This document shows, piece by piece, positions 1 to 12,173 of a stretch of 64,000 nt of DNA. The stretch covers positions 3,720,001-3,784,000 of the forward strand of contig CM030335.1 of NCBI GenBank assembly GCA_017654855.1. The letters are read 5' to 3'. The stretch is from Podospora anserina (lineage: Eukaryota). Both the position numbers and the translations under genes were made by a program. The stretch's first letter is position 1. Every line of letters begins with the position of its first letter. The notes under the pieces were generated by a model. That model made no database searches and was not told where the DNA came from. It saw nothing but the letters and a program-made list of their open reading frames with translations.

Positions 1-783
1 GCCGGGCAAGGGACGATAATACCCGAGCCGAGACCATCAGGCGTTCACTCGCTAGGAGACGCGTGGAGCATCAACAGCGCGGAGGATGTAGAGCGGGATC
101 CACAAATAGGATACATTCCCGGTGCTGGCGGCGGCGGCGGCGGTGGGAGCGGGCCGAGGAACGGACACAGCCGGAACCTGTCGGATCCGGACAGGTCATT
201 CTCCCGTGCGCGCAGCAGGAGTTTTGGGAAGAAGCCTCTGGTGAGGAGGTCGATATTCTGGGTGCTGGTGCTGCTTGTGGCTATTATCATTGCTTTGGCG
301 GGTGTGCTGGGGGCGGTGGCAACGGGGAAGATAAAAACCTCTGGCACGGCAGAGAGGTATGTTGCTTTCTTCTGCAAGAGCTGCTCATTGGTGCTAACAT
401 ATGTCAATAGCGACCCAGTGGTTCATCCTGATGATGGAGGGGGTTTCACACTGTCGACGGCCACCACCGCGTCGGGGAAGACAGTTTCGCTTTCTTGCCC
501 TTCGGCGGATGGACTTGATTACACGGTTACCGTTGATAACCAACAAAAGGTGTTTAGACGGCAGTGCGGGGCTAACTATGCTGGCGGTGATGGCGTGTTG
601 GGTTTGGTAAAGGGCGATGTGCTGAGTTTGGCGGATTGCTTGGATCGTTGCGCTAAGGAGGAGAAGTGTGCTGGTGCTGTGTTCATTCCGATGGCCAATC
701 CGGATCCCCAGTGTTGGTTGAAGGAGTTTTTGGGTGTCAAGAGAGATGGCCAGGATATGGAGAGTGGAGTTCTGTGGCAGTAA
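1..783 (+). CDS. 5'-truncated type II membrane protein with C-terminal PAN/apple-like domain
   Basis: Frame is open from position 1: Gly/Ser-rich tail, then TM helix IFWVLVLLVAIIIALAGVLGAVA. In-frame 54-nt intron at 357-410 (GTATGT..GCTAAC..ATAG). C-terminal Cys pattern CLDRCAKEEKCAGAVF...QCWLK is typical of PAN/apple domains. Confidence 0.7.
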   Translation, partial: AGQGTIIPEPRPSGVHSLGDAWSINSAEDVERDPQIGYIPGAGGGGGGGSGPRNGHSRNLSDPDRSFSRARSRSFGKKPLVRRSIFWVLVLLVAIIIALAGVLGAVATGKIKTSGTAERYVAFFCKSCSLVLTYVNSDPVVHPDDGGGFTLSTATTASGKTVSLSCPSADGLDYTVTVDNQQKVFRRQCGANYAGGDGVLGLVKGDVLSLADCLDRCAKEEKCAGAVFIPMANPDPQCWLKEFLGVKRDGQDMESGVLWQ

Positions 784-1220
784 GGTCTTGACCTTTCTGG
801 ATTGTTATAGTGGGAAGAGTGGGAGACCAAATAAAAGGAGCTTATTGCATACCCCAGGGGTCATTAGAGATACGTATTTTTGGTGGTTATGGAGTATAGT
901 GAAAGGGGACCGGGAAGAGCGTTTGGATTGAAATAATTGGGTATGGTGGGAGGACGATCTGTGAATATTGTATTTACCATGTATATATAACCAATCTACT
1001 GCTTTTAAACTGCAGATTAAAGCTCCCATCTGGGTTTCTCAAGTCTATTGGGAACGATAGATTCCGGTACCAACGGCTGGACTTCGTCTTGGCATGCAGG
1101 CACAGCCTGGCTGCCTTGGGCCACACACCATCTACGTCCATTACCTACCCCCCGAGAGAGCAGCCCAACTTCTCACTTGACAACGTCGAATATAGAAACT
1201 TCAATCGAAAGACCCGAGCG

Positions 1221-4200
1221 ATGGAGCCCGCCACTGCCGTTGGCCTCGTGGCGTCCATCATCCAGCTCATTGACATAACAATCAAGGTCAAAAACTACCT
1301 CAAAGATGTCAAAAACGCGGATGCCGAGCGGGCCAACTTTTCCAAGCATGCCTCCGCCATGGTCGCCATGTTCACAGACCCAAAATGTTTGATGGAGGAG
1401 GTGGAGCAAACAGACCCATGGTTCAGCGCGCTCAAGGGACTGGACGTGAAGGGTGGCGTTTTCAATCTTTTGAGAGAGGAAATGGAAGAGCTCGCGTTGA
1501 GGTTGGAAGTGGAAAGGGAGGGAGGATTGAAGGGAAAGCTGACCTGGAAATTAAACAAGAAAGAGATGGATGGCTTGATGAACCGGATCGAAAGGTGTAA
1601 AGGTGTTGTCTCGGTAGCACTTTTGGGCGATCACTCGTGAGTACAGGGCTTTACCAACATTGGCCCATTCCGCGTTGTCATTCATTGCTGATCTGAATCA
1701 TGCATAGGAAGCTCCTGTTGGCCATCAGCACGGATTTGGTCTGTGTAAAAGAAGGTGTAGATGGCATCAAAGAGCGCATGAACAACCTCAAGGTGGACAT
1801 GACCAATGTGAAGGATAGAGTAAAGGGCCTGACAGATAGTGCTGCAAGCCAACGATCAGGTAAGCTCTCATCCGGCGTCTTTGTTTTGTTGCTGAGTATT
1901 ACAGAGTGCCATTGTTCTAACTACCTTTTATTTCCAAACACTACAAGACGAACAAATGCAAAAGATATGCGATTGGCTCTCCCCACTCGATTTGCATCCA
2001 AACATCAGGACGCCCTAAGGCGCCTCGAACCCGGCACTGGGGAGTGGTTTCTTTCCGACGCCACGTTTAAGCTATGACTTGACGGGAACGAAAGAGTGTT
2101 GTGGTGTCCTGGGATTCGTATGTAAATCTCCGGCTTGCATTGGCCACAAGTATATATTGACCCGAAATCCAGCCGGCGCCGGGAAAACAACACTTGCGTA
2201 AGTCATCTTCCAGCGAAACGCCGACCTTATATATATCAAATATCTGACCCATGTTTAGTTCTTTGCTTATTAGCTTCCTTGAAACTTCGACTAGCGGCAC
2301 AAACACACCGATTCTATACTTGTACTGCAACTACAAGGAGCGAAGTCAGCAAAGCGTTCAAAATGTGATAGGAAGCCTGCCCAAGCAACTTATTCAACAC
2401 ACAGGCGTTATTGATGAAGACATATTGAAGTTTTCCAAGGACGAAAAACCTGTTCGACTTGAAACCATTACCAGGTTTCTACAAAACAAAGTAATGGGGT
2501 TTTCTTTAGTATACATCATCGTCGATGCGCTCGATGAGTGTGCTGATACCGAATATACCCAGAGCAGGTTAGCTTCAGACCTGCACAACTTGCCAAAGCA
2601 TGTGAAGCTTCTCTTCACATCAAGATACACCATTGGAGTAGAAAGAAGACCTGGGCCCAGTTCTAAGACTCGAGATTCGGGCTAGTGACGAAGATATCAA
2701 ACGATACATTGGAGGTCGCGTCGGAAGTGAGCATAGTCGCTTACAGAAGCATATTCGGACTGATCCAGATCTTTTGGAGGAAATCATCGATAAGGTGATG
2801 GGTAACTGCAAGGGAATGTACGCATGCACTCTCCTTTATCCGGCACATTTTGCGTAGCAAGGATGGACACTAACATGCGCGAGGCAGGTTTTTGATGGCT
2901 CAACTTCACATGAACGAGCTTACAAGGAAGCCAACCCGACGCGAGCTTCGCAAAACTCTGGATGTCTTGCCAGCAAAACTGGACGGAACCTATGATCAGG
3001 CTATGGAGCGGATCAAGAGCCAAGACGCCGGTGATGCCAGTCTTGCCCACCAAGTTCTGGGATGGATTTCAACGACACTCAGACCACTAACCATTGAGGA
3101 ATTACAGCATGCTCTGGCTGTCATGCCTGGAGATCAGGATTTGGACCCCGAAGGCCTCCACGACCCGGAACTTTTCGTTGCAATTTGTGCCGGTTTGGTG
3201 ACCCTGGAGGAAGAGAGCGGCTACGTTCGACTGGTTCACTTCACCACGCAAGAGTATTTTGAGCGCCTCCGTTCGCAACTCTTTCCCGATGCTCCTTCAA
3301 TGATCGCAACGGCATGTTTGACGTACATGATGTTTGACCCATTTGTCCAAAGATACTGCGCGGACGGAGAGGAGCTGGACCTACGTTTAGACACCTACCC
3401 TCTCTTGGCGTGTGCTGCAGACTACTGGAGAAACCACGTACAATACGAAATGGAAGCGCCAGTCAAGGAGCTGCTCTGGGAGTTTGTGGACAACATCTTG
3501 GCATTTATGACTGCCGAGCAAGCAGCGACATTGACAGGAAAGATGTCAGGCTATTCAGAGTTGGGTCATTCAACAGAGTACAGACTTTTGCCTCCAAACT
3601 GGGCCAGATTTCACGTAGTAGCTTCGATGGGACTGGTTGAGTTCGCGGCTGGCTTGCTTGAACAAGGTGCCGACGTCAACGTGCGGGGACCAGATGGCAT
3701 AACGCCTCTGTTTTCGGCCGTAGAGTGGGACAGGGAAGAGATGGTGGTGTTCTTACTGAATTCAGATGCCACTGCTTCGGTTTTCGCAAAGTCTGGGGGC
3801 AAGGACCCAATGCCGCCATTGGAGATGGCGATAAAGCTGAACAGTGAGGCAGCGGCGGAGATGTTGTTCAACGCTGAAAGGACCTGGCATCAGCATCTCC
3901 TGAACAGCGGGCTTTTCGATGCCACCGTGGATGTCAACTTGAGGTTAATGCAGGCTTGCATCGAGAGAGGAGCAGACATCAACGCGTACGTTCGCGTGGC
4001 AGAGGGATCAGTTCTTTATCACGTTGTAGGCGAGAACCGTAAAACTTGGTGGTTTTGTTGTTGGACCTCGGAGCCACCGTTTCTCCATCAGATAATAACC
4101 ACTCTGTGCTCCACGAGGCTTCAGCTAAGGGACATACAGAAATCTTGCAGATTCTGCTCGACCGAGGAGCCCTAGTCAACGTTGTTGATTGACGTGGGCA

Positions 4201-6034
4201 CTCACCTCTTCACGACGCGGCCGCTCACGGACGGCTTGAAACATGTAAAGCTCTGGTTCAAAGCGGAATTGACATCAACTTCGCATGCCGGAGGGATCAG
4301 GGTCACTACGGATGTCTAGGAGGGCAGACTGCGCTCCAAGCCGCATGCAGCAATGGACTTGCTGATATTTGCAGACTCCTACTCGACAATGGTGCCTGTC
4401 TGGGAAGCCATGCAAAGACAACCGTTGAACTGGCAGCGAAAGCAGGGGACGTTGCAATTATAGAGCTTCTACTTGAGAGCAGCGTCGACCCTTTGACAAC
4501 GGACGACGCAGTGTGCGCAGTCTTGAAGTCAGCCGCGACTGCTGGGAATATCGTAATGATCAGGGCTATGCTAGCACGCCGAGATTCGATAACACCTGAT
4601 GCAAGGGAGCAGGCGGCACGCGAGGCTGCCTCTCGAGCTGATCTCGAGATTTTGCGAGTACTATTTAGTGGCGATAACGCACAGGATAACGGAGAAAATG
4701 GCTTGCAACCGCGCATTTTGTTCAAGCACTTGGTTTGGGGCGATGAAGGCGAGATGCGGATCTGGTTGAACAGGGGAGCAGATCTCAACCATGAGGTCAA
4801 GCCAGTGTTACCACGAGATCCATATTTCCCCTCACCGAATTGTCTATTACCCGGTTGCCATGACAATGAGGAGGAGGGCGGCTACATCTCCACGATGCAT
4901 TTGGCAGTTGGACATGGAAGTCCGCAAATACTGGACCTGTTACTCGAGAACGGGGGAGATATCAACGCACGCAATTACCTCGGAGAAACCCCACTGCATT
5001 GGGCTACATACCATGAATGCCATAGTGATATGGCTTGCATGATACTATATCGTGGTGCCCTTGTGGATCCTAGGTGCCAACGAGGATTGACACCACTGCA
5101 CGTTGCAGTACTGCGTAGGAATTACCGGGGTATCGAACTACTTCTTGATGCTGGGGCAGACATCGAAGCCAAGGATCACGATGGCGATACCGCGTTCAAG
5201 ATGCTGGCTTCTTTCCGCCCCTGGCCATATCTCAATTATTCCGTACTATACGAGGGTGGGCAGTTCAAGTGGGTTGAAGGGCACATCGATGAGCCGAACG
5301 GGCTAGCCAGCAACTCCGTGGAGCTCGATATTCTTCTGAAGAGAGGTGCGAAGACTGATGTCCTTCAACGTTTGGTATCATTGCTAGAATGGCCAAATGC
5401 TGCAAACTATCAAGCTATGGAGCAAGTTTGTCGTCGATTGGCGGATGAGGGCTTCGACTTTACCCTTCCCACAAAAAAGGGAATTCCTGCAGTGTACCAT
5501 GCGGCGAAGAGTTGTCCCACAGAAGTTCTTCAAGTCATCCTACAGCAAGGTGCAAAAGTACACGAGAAGTTTAATGGACTCACGGCCCTTCATCTTGCAG
5601 CCAAAAGGTTTTCGCATGCAAAGGTTAATATCCTTCTCCAGTTTGGCGCATGTGCCGAGAGCAGAGACAGCAAGGGAAACACGGCCTTGTTCAAGGTGGT
5701 CACCAAGAGCGACCGACTTTCTTGGGGATGCAGTCCACCGAATACAGCGGAAGGAATCATTGACATGTTAGTAGCTCACGGAGCAGATTTACACACTCTC
5801 TGTGGTGCAAAGAAAGCGCCGGTGCTGCATTACGCCGCCTTCATGGGGGATTTGACCATCGTGCGCTATCTTACTTGCAAAGGCGCGCGAACTGATGTCA
5901 CCGACAGAGATGGACGGACTGCTCTGGATTGGGCAAAGGATAATAAGCAGGAGGCCATGGTGTATCTTCTTACTCGTCTAAGCAGAGACCAGCAAATACA
6001 AGTAAACAGTGATGCACAGATGGGACGATACTAG
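1221..6034 (+). pseudogene. Fungal NLR (HeLo-like/SesA N-terminus, NACHT, winged helix, ankyrin repeats), disabled
   Basis: N-terminus MEPATAVGLVASIIQLID. Spliced Walker A WCPGIPGAGKTT, Walker B YIIVDALDEC, GMFLMAQLH, VHFTTQEYF and many ANK repeats (GETPLHWA, GLTPLHVA, GRTALDWA). Introns at 1637-1707, 1860-1947, 2118-2172, 2198-2258 and 2818-2887. Lesions: frameshifts near 1992, 2643 and 4043; TGA stops at 2075 and 4190. Confidence 0.88.
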
Positions 6035-6142
6035 AAGGTATCATCTGAGTTGGGGTCAAGCGGGAGTACTGATAACATGAATTCTGGGACTAAAAGCTAG
6101 GACCTAACTAGGATTGTAGCAAAATTACCGACTATCGCTACC

Positions 6143-7350
6143 TCACTGCTTCAAACCATTTGCCAAAATATCCTCCAACTGCTCGTGACGCTTCAGCGCA
6201 TCGTCAAAGCTTACAAACGTCTTCTGTTTGCCATTCCTCTTCACCTCGTAGTAATCCTCATAAATAGCTCCAATGTTCCTTGCCTGGAGATTCAGTTCCT
6301 TCTGCCAATCTTCAAAGTCCCACTCCACCTCGTCAACCGTATCCGTCTCAAAGTCATGAACCTCGAACTTCTGAGGATCAGCGGCATTGCCAATGTGGAT
6401 GAATGTCGAGCTCGGTGCCACAACCCTAATCTCACCCTTGGTTCCCGCAATGGTCCAAACCAGAGCAGGGTCAGAAGGGAAAGGCGGGTCAACGCGAAAC
6501 TTGAAGTGCAAGCTGGCGCCCGAATCGACATAGCCGTGCACAAAGATGAGATCGGGCGTGTCGGAAGTGACAGTTTCCACCACAGTTTTGTCCTCGCCAA
6601 TGACTTTGACTTGGGGCCGCTGGATCTGCAGGAAGCCCTGTGGTGCGTCGGGGCCGGTCTTGTAATCTCCAAGGACGGATTGAACAAGATCAAACTCTGT
6701 GACAAAGTGTTAGCTATTTTCGTTTGCATGTTTCAGCAGGGGCGGGAGAACTGACGGTGCGCAAATCCAATAGTGTAGACGTATCCCCCAACCTTTCTCT
6801 CGGTAAAGTACGACAGCGAAGCCGGAATAACACCCCGCCCATCAATCCCGCCGTTAGCCCTGAGCTCCGAGCTCAAGACCTCTCCGATCCTGCCACTAGA
6901 GATGACCTCTCTGAGCTTTTTTGGTAAGGGGCCCAGAGGCCCCTGCAAACCTACGATGCCTAAGCCACCATGCTGCTTCACCGCGTCGGCCAAAGTCCTA
7001 GCTTCGATGGTGTTAGCAGCAAGAGGCCACTCAATGTAGACATCCTTGCCAGCGATGACAGAGGGAAGAGCAGTCTCGAGGTGCTTGTCGACCCGGGTGT
7101 TGGTGATGACGAGCTCAACTTCCGGGTCAGCAGCCAGGTCCTCGGGCGTACCGTATGCCTTGGTAGAAGCGGGCAGGTTGTATGCTTTGATCGCCGCGCG
7201 GGCGGCCTCGGTTGACGAGTTGAGGAGGGCAACAACTTCAAACTTGGAGCGGCCCAATGGTGAGAAGAGATACGGAAGGTGTGCACGGGAAGCCCAAGCG
7301 GTTTTGGCAGAGGCGGAGAGGCCAATGATGGCAGCTTTGATGGGGGCCAT
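6143..7350 (-). CDS. Gfo/Idh/MocA family NAD(P)-binding oxidoreductase (Gal80-like)
   Basis: Motifs AIIGLS...WASRAHLPYL, DLAADPEVELV and VYIEWPL. Intron 6697-6755 joins GFAH-QFDLVQSVLG in frame with the C-terminal ORF. Confidence 0.88.
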
Positions 7351-8100
7351 TTGGAGTGCGGTGGTAGAATGGGGTATTTTGGATAGTAGGTAATCAGTAA
7401 GGTGCCCAGATTAGGAGATCAGAGAACTGTTCGTTGATGGCGTTTGAGAAGTGAGGGTTGGAGTAAAGAGAGAAGAAGTAAGATGGATACAATGGGGTCT
7501 TGGTGGCATATTTATGGTATTTTGTGATGAAATGATGCGAATATCGTTGCATCTTGTGTGATCTTCCTCGAAGAAGGTTCCCAGGTTAGGTAGGTAGGTG
7601 GTGCAGTAATGTGGGATGTGTGTTTGTAAGCTTCCACGAAGGTGAGATTTGTCAGCCTTTAACCACCCCTATATTACATCGCACCCCACGGAGATCAAGC
7701 AGGTTACCTACCTAGCAAGCAGTGCTACTATCAAGTTACAAATCCTAGGCCAATTCTATAAGCAACACGCATAATGCAAATTGGGTGCCCAATTACCTAA
7801 CCCTAACAACACATGCTTGAGACTCGAACATTTTGAATGTCGGTTCACTCTGAACGTAACACACGGTGCATTGGACTTAATGGACAACCACTAGCATCAG
7901 TGACAGCTGTTCAGTGAGTGAAGATCAATTGTTCTCGTCATACTAAGACGAGGTTCTAGGGTATCTCCGCAGTGAAATCAGAAAGCCAAACACCAACGTC
8001 CAAATGATTGTATTTCCGCTCCTCCCTATACTGGTCCCTCCTGTTATAAGTCAATTCTATATCCAGTCCTCCATAGTTGAAGCAAAGGTGTAATCTGCGA

Positions 8101-8760
8101 TTAGCACACTCCGGCGCCTGGGGCAGGAACAAGCTTGCCAGTACCGAACTCAACGTTAAAGACAGAATCCCCTCTGAAGGGGCCGGTCGTGCCCAGGGCG
8201 TTGGGGCAAACAGGCTGGTTTCCCTCGCTGGGAGGGGGAATGGTGCACACCTCATCAAAGCCGCAGTGGCAGGCGGAGTCTTTGATATTGACAGCAGCAA
8301 AGTTGCGGGCGACCCACGATCCGGGGTCAGACAGGCATGAGCTGAGAAAGTTCATGCTGTTGGGGGCCGAGAAAGCAAGCTTGCCGCCACTATCCTTGAG
8401 AAGGTGCTTGCATTGATCGGCATCGACGAACTCAACGTCCATATCAATGCCGCCGCCCGTTTGGGGATCATCAATGGCGCTCTTGCCAAAGCCAAGATAG
8501 TTCCAGGCATCATAGGAGATGTCGTTGGCGCCGCCGGATTGGTCGATGCGTAAGAGTTCAAGAGAGCGGCCCTGATGGCTTACGCGGACACAGATGTTAT
8601 TGCAGTCGACAGCCTCGGGCCAATAGGCGACACGGTGGGTGTTGATCTTGCAACCAAGAACGCCGACCGAGGAGCTGTATTGCTCGTGAGGTGTGATGTT
8701 GCGAACTTCGGCAGCAGCGAGAGAGGCGAGCGCGAGGAAAATGGCAGAGAGAGTGAACAT
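8101..8760 (-). CDS. Small secreted cysteine-rich protein, cerato-platanin/expansin-like
   Basis: Signal peptide MFTLSAIFLALASLAAA. Conserved block YSSSVGVLGCKINTHRVAYWP..DCNNICVRVSHQGRSLELLRIDQSGGANDISYDAWNYL. About 10 Cys; no introns. Confidence 0.75.
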   Translation of the reverse strand: MFTLSAIFLALASLAAAEVRNITPHEQYSSSVGVLGCKINTHRVAYWPEAVDCNNICVRVSHQGRSLELLRIDQSGGANDISYDAWNYLGFGKSAIDDPQTGGGIDMDVEFVDADQCKHLLKDSGGKLAFSAPNSMNFLSSCLSDPGSWVARNFAAVNIKDSACHCGFDEVCTIPPPSEGNQPVCPNALGTTGPFRGDSVFNVEFGTGKLVPAPGAGVC

Positions 8761-10148
8761 TCTGACGGATGAATGATCTGATACTTGCAGAAAGAAATAA
8801 GCGAGAGTGCTGAACATGAATGGTAAGGTATGTGGTTGATGCTGATGCTGTGGCTCAGGTAGTGTGGGTTGTCAAGGTATGAGAGACAGACTTGAGACGG
8901 ACAGACGTCGCGAATATATAGCCTTGACAAGACCCTCAACTGATGCTGTCGTGGGATGCCCCATGGAACACAAAAGCAGCTGGAGTGAAGTGAATGGCGA
9001 TGTGTGTGGGGCCATATCACCAATGTGAATCGCCTCAGGGGCCAGTGGTGGCCCTTGACGATATTGGGTGTACATATTGAGGCCGGGTCAGACTTCGGAT
9101 GAAGCGCGATTTGGCATCATGAAGCTGAAATGGATCAAGCTGAAGTGGTGGGTCATGGTGAGTTCTACGAAGACCGCGAGGTTGTGGTCGTCCAAGTGGG
9201 ATGAAAGTGGTGTTCAATATTGACCAGACTGCAGCCAAAGTGGCCAATGCAGAGACTTGGTGGCCATTTCCCCACACACTTTCCGCACTTGTGTGATCTG
9301 TCAATGAGAACATGAAACGGACTGGAATGCCAAGTAAGTGGGTCGCTCCCGTCACTTGAAGGCCATCGTGAAACAGATTTGGAGTGACAATATGGGGTCG
9401 TGGCTTTGGCCGTTGGAGATGCGGCACGACACCCATTAGCGCGCCCACTAATACCCGACCAGAGGGTACTGACATGAGGCTGTGAGATGATTAGTCGCTC
9501 TATAGGGCTGAAAGACGAGCGGGAGCATGCGACGTGCCGCGGGGGAAGCACCGAGCTCGGTATCCCGATGCTCGCCTGAAATACGTCGGACGACCCACTC
9601 GGCTCCCTCGCACCTAGATGGCCAGCATTGGCCAACGTCTATCCGTCCCTTCAACATCCACCTGGCGTCCGACTCCGTGTCTTGGGTTAGTTGCTCCTCG
9701 GTGGCTCTCGGATGTCTTTCGGACACTTGAATCCTTGATGTATAGAGAAATATTACCGTTCTTTTTGACCCAACACAATTACAGCTCTATACCTTACCCG
9801 CTGTCGACGAATTACATATCCCGAAAAAACATCTACACATAGAAGCTGAGATCACATAGTAGATACTCAACACTTGATGGTGAATGGAATATGAGGAAGT
9901 GGCTGTACCGTTTAGAGATCCCAGCTGAACAGCTGGCTCGACACAACTTCGGAGCTTTGACCATACGGCGACGCTGAATCATTGGGGGCAATGACATCAC
10001 AGTGCCATTTTTCTGCTTACACATGACTCGCCTGTTATTTCTATCCCTGCCTTTTTCTGCAAGCTCACCGTTCCTACTTGTTTCGCCTCATGATTCAGCT
10101 CCGCACCCCGCCGCCTGAATGGGACCACGGACCTACAGAGCCCAGGTG

Positions 10149-10530
10149 TCATTCCAGACAGGGATGTTCTGCGGAATTCCAGAAGACATCTCCAGGATCG
10201 AGGTCTCTTTTCAGCGGCTTCAGTCTTTCAAACAGTGGTTTCCCATAGTAGAGATGCCACACCTCGTCCCTATCCAGTTCAGGGTCGATGTAGTTGAGAT
10301 AGGCGTTATACGACCGGTTCATGGCACTGGTCATGGCGTCGTTCAGTCCGTCTAGAAACTAAATACCGCGCTGGGGGAAACTCTGGTCAAGAGGTACATT
10401 GCCATCTAGCAGAATTAGATTTCTGACGTCAATGGAACACATAGATACCTTGTTGGCTATACTGCATTCCGCATTGGAACGTCTGGGTCACGAGAATATG
10501 TTCACAGACAATTACAGGTAACGTATAAAT
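10149..10530 (-). pseudogene. 3' relic of a BBE-like FAD-linked oxidase
   Basis: AYLNYIDPEL...YYGKPLFERLKPLKRDLDPGDVFWN matches the berberine-bridge C-terminal motif. In-frame TAG at 10359-10361 (FPQRGI*FLDGLND). No FAD-binding N-terminal part is visible upstream. Confidence 0.75.
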
Positions 10531-10662
10531 GCCGCCGATAGACCCTTTTTAACCTACAAAACCGGTCAACTATGATCACCTGACTTTGCAAACGCTACTC
10601 ACACTACATATTCTCTTGCCAAGCGTCCACACACCTCGAAACACACTTGGACGGCTCGCCTC

Positions 10663-11836
10663 TTGGAGATATTCCCATTGACGGTTGTCAATCAGTATGC
10701 ACTAGTCACATACACACGACTTGTGTACGGCTTTCGATTCCCCGACACCGACAAAATACCAGCTGCAGTGGACTATCTCCTGAAAGGCTTGCACAGGGTC
10801 TTCAAACGCTGGCCGTTCCTGGCCGGCCAAGTCGTGCACCCAGCCGATTCAACCACGGCTCAAGTCGTATACAGCGAGGATCTCAACAACTTCAATATCA
10901 ATGTCTTTCCTCATGAGGTTTTCTGCCATGAATTCCTGACCAAGAAAAAGTTCCCTTACACATACGAGCAGCTCCTGGACCTCGGTATTCCGCCTGCGTT
11001 GATGGAGCAAGATATTTTTTCTCTATCTCTCTCTCTCTCACCAGGCGAGAGTTGCCACCCCCTGACGCTCAAGGCTAGCTTTATTGAAGGTGGTTTGCTT
11101 CTCTGTATTGCTTCACATCACACTGTTTGTGATGGAATCAGTCTACTTCAAGTGCTCGAAACCATTCCTGGTGACTCTAAGCTGCCCGTCACATCCGAAA
11201 CCGGAAGCTGCATCAATCTTAAGAAGGACTTCAACAGCAGAGCAATCCCACCTCCACAGTCAATTCCCAGTACATCTCACCCTCATGGCCTTCAACTTCC
11301 CCCGTCAAAGCCTGTTGCTCCCTCCTCACCCGACCATCAACCCCAAACCCCTTCCAATATTGCACAAATCGCCACCGCCGCCCTCCAAAATCCGCTACAG
11401 CATCCAATCCATCACCGCCAGCACCTCCACCGATCCCACCATCACCCCCTCACTATCCAAGCACCTAGCAACTCTGTCCTCCACTCCGCCACATGACCTC
11501 GCCATAGCCCACCAAAACACAGTCCAGCAGTCAACAACCGGACTCGACTCCTCCTCCTGGAGCTTCCTCGGCGCAGACGTCCGGTTCGGTATCCTCGGGA
11601 CGGTCAACAGCCGGCCAGACTGGGCGAGGAAAACGTGGAGCGCCAACGACGGGAGCATGAACATCCTTCCGCGACGCCAGGGGAACGAACGACAGGCAGG
11701 GACAGAAGAACAAGAGGGTAAATGGGAGGTTTTGCTAGCGTTGAATGAGGGTGATATGACGTTTGTCTGCAATGAGCTGAGAGCCATCGGGCTGTTGAAA
11801 AGCTTAACATTTGGATGGCGGCACAAAGCCAAGTAG
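10663..11836 (+). pseudogene. Degenerate CoA-dependent acyltransferase (Tri101/BAHD-like transferase family)
   Basis: KRWPFLAGQV and GGLLLCIASHHTVCDG (HxxxD). The C-terminal block SSW...FG...RPDWARKTWS..DGSMNILPR...WEVLLAL lies in a different frame. No clear ATG; the middle is shortened and low-complexity. Confidence 0.7.
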
Positions 11837-12173
11837 GTACCAGTACGAACGTTCACAAAGATTGAGAGTGATAAGTAGAGTAGTAGCACAAGTTTGGTTC
11901 TAGAAAATGAACTTATGAAAGGAGAATAAAACCACCTAGATATAAACACCACCCAACACCTCGTATTCTGTAAAAATTTGCAGAAATTCCAAGTAACAAC
12001 TCCAAATACCAACTGAAATCAAGAGACTGTAAAAACAGTGGAAAAACAAAAACTGCCCGAATACCTGCCAACCTTGTCTCACCACAACGGCGTTGCCCCC
12101 TTTTCACTTAGTCAGTATCCCATCCCTTATCTTTCCCTCGTTAACATTTGCCCACGCCATCTTCAATACCTGC

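Noticed and set aside
784-1947. Amyloid signalling motif (HET-s, sigma or PP type) in or next to the NLR
   Set aside because: The N-terminus is a helical HeLo-like domain and the linker is heptad-like. No G/N/Q-rich pseudo-repeat or adjacent effector gene was seen.
2075-4192. The NLR's premature TGA codons as targets of sexual-stage A-to-I editing (TGA to TGG) restoring the protein
   Set aside because: Editing cannot repair the three frameshifts, one of which lies upstream of the first stop. Ordinary pseudogenisation is the simpler explanation.
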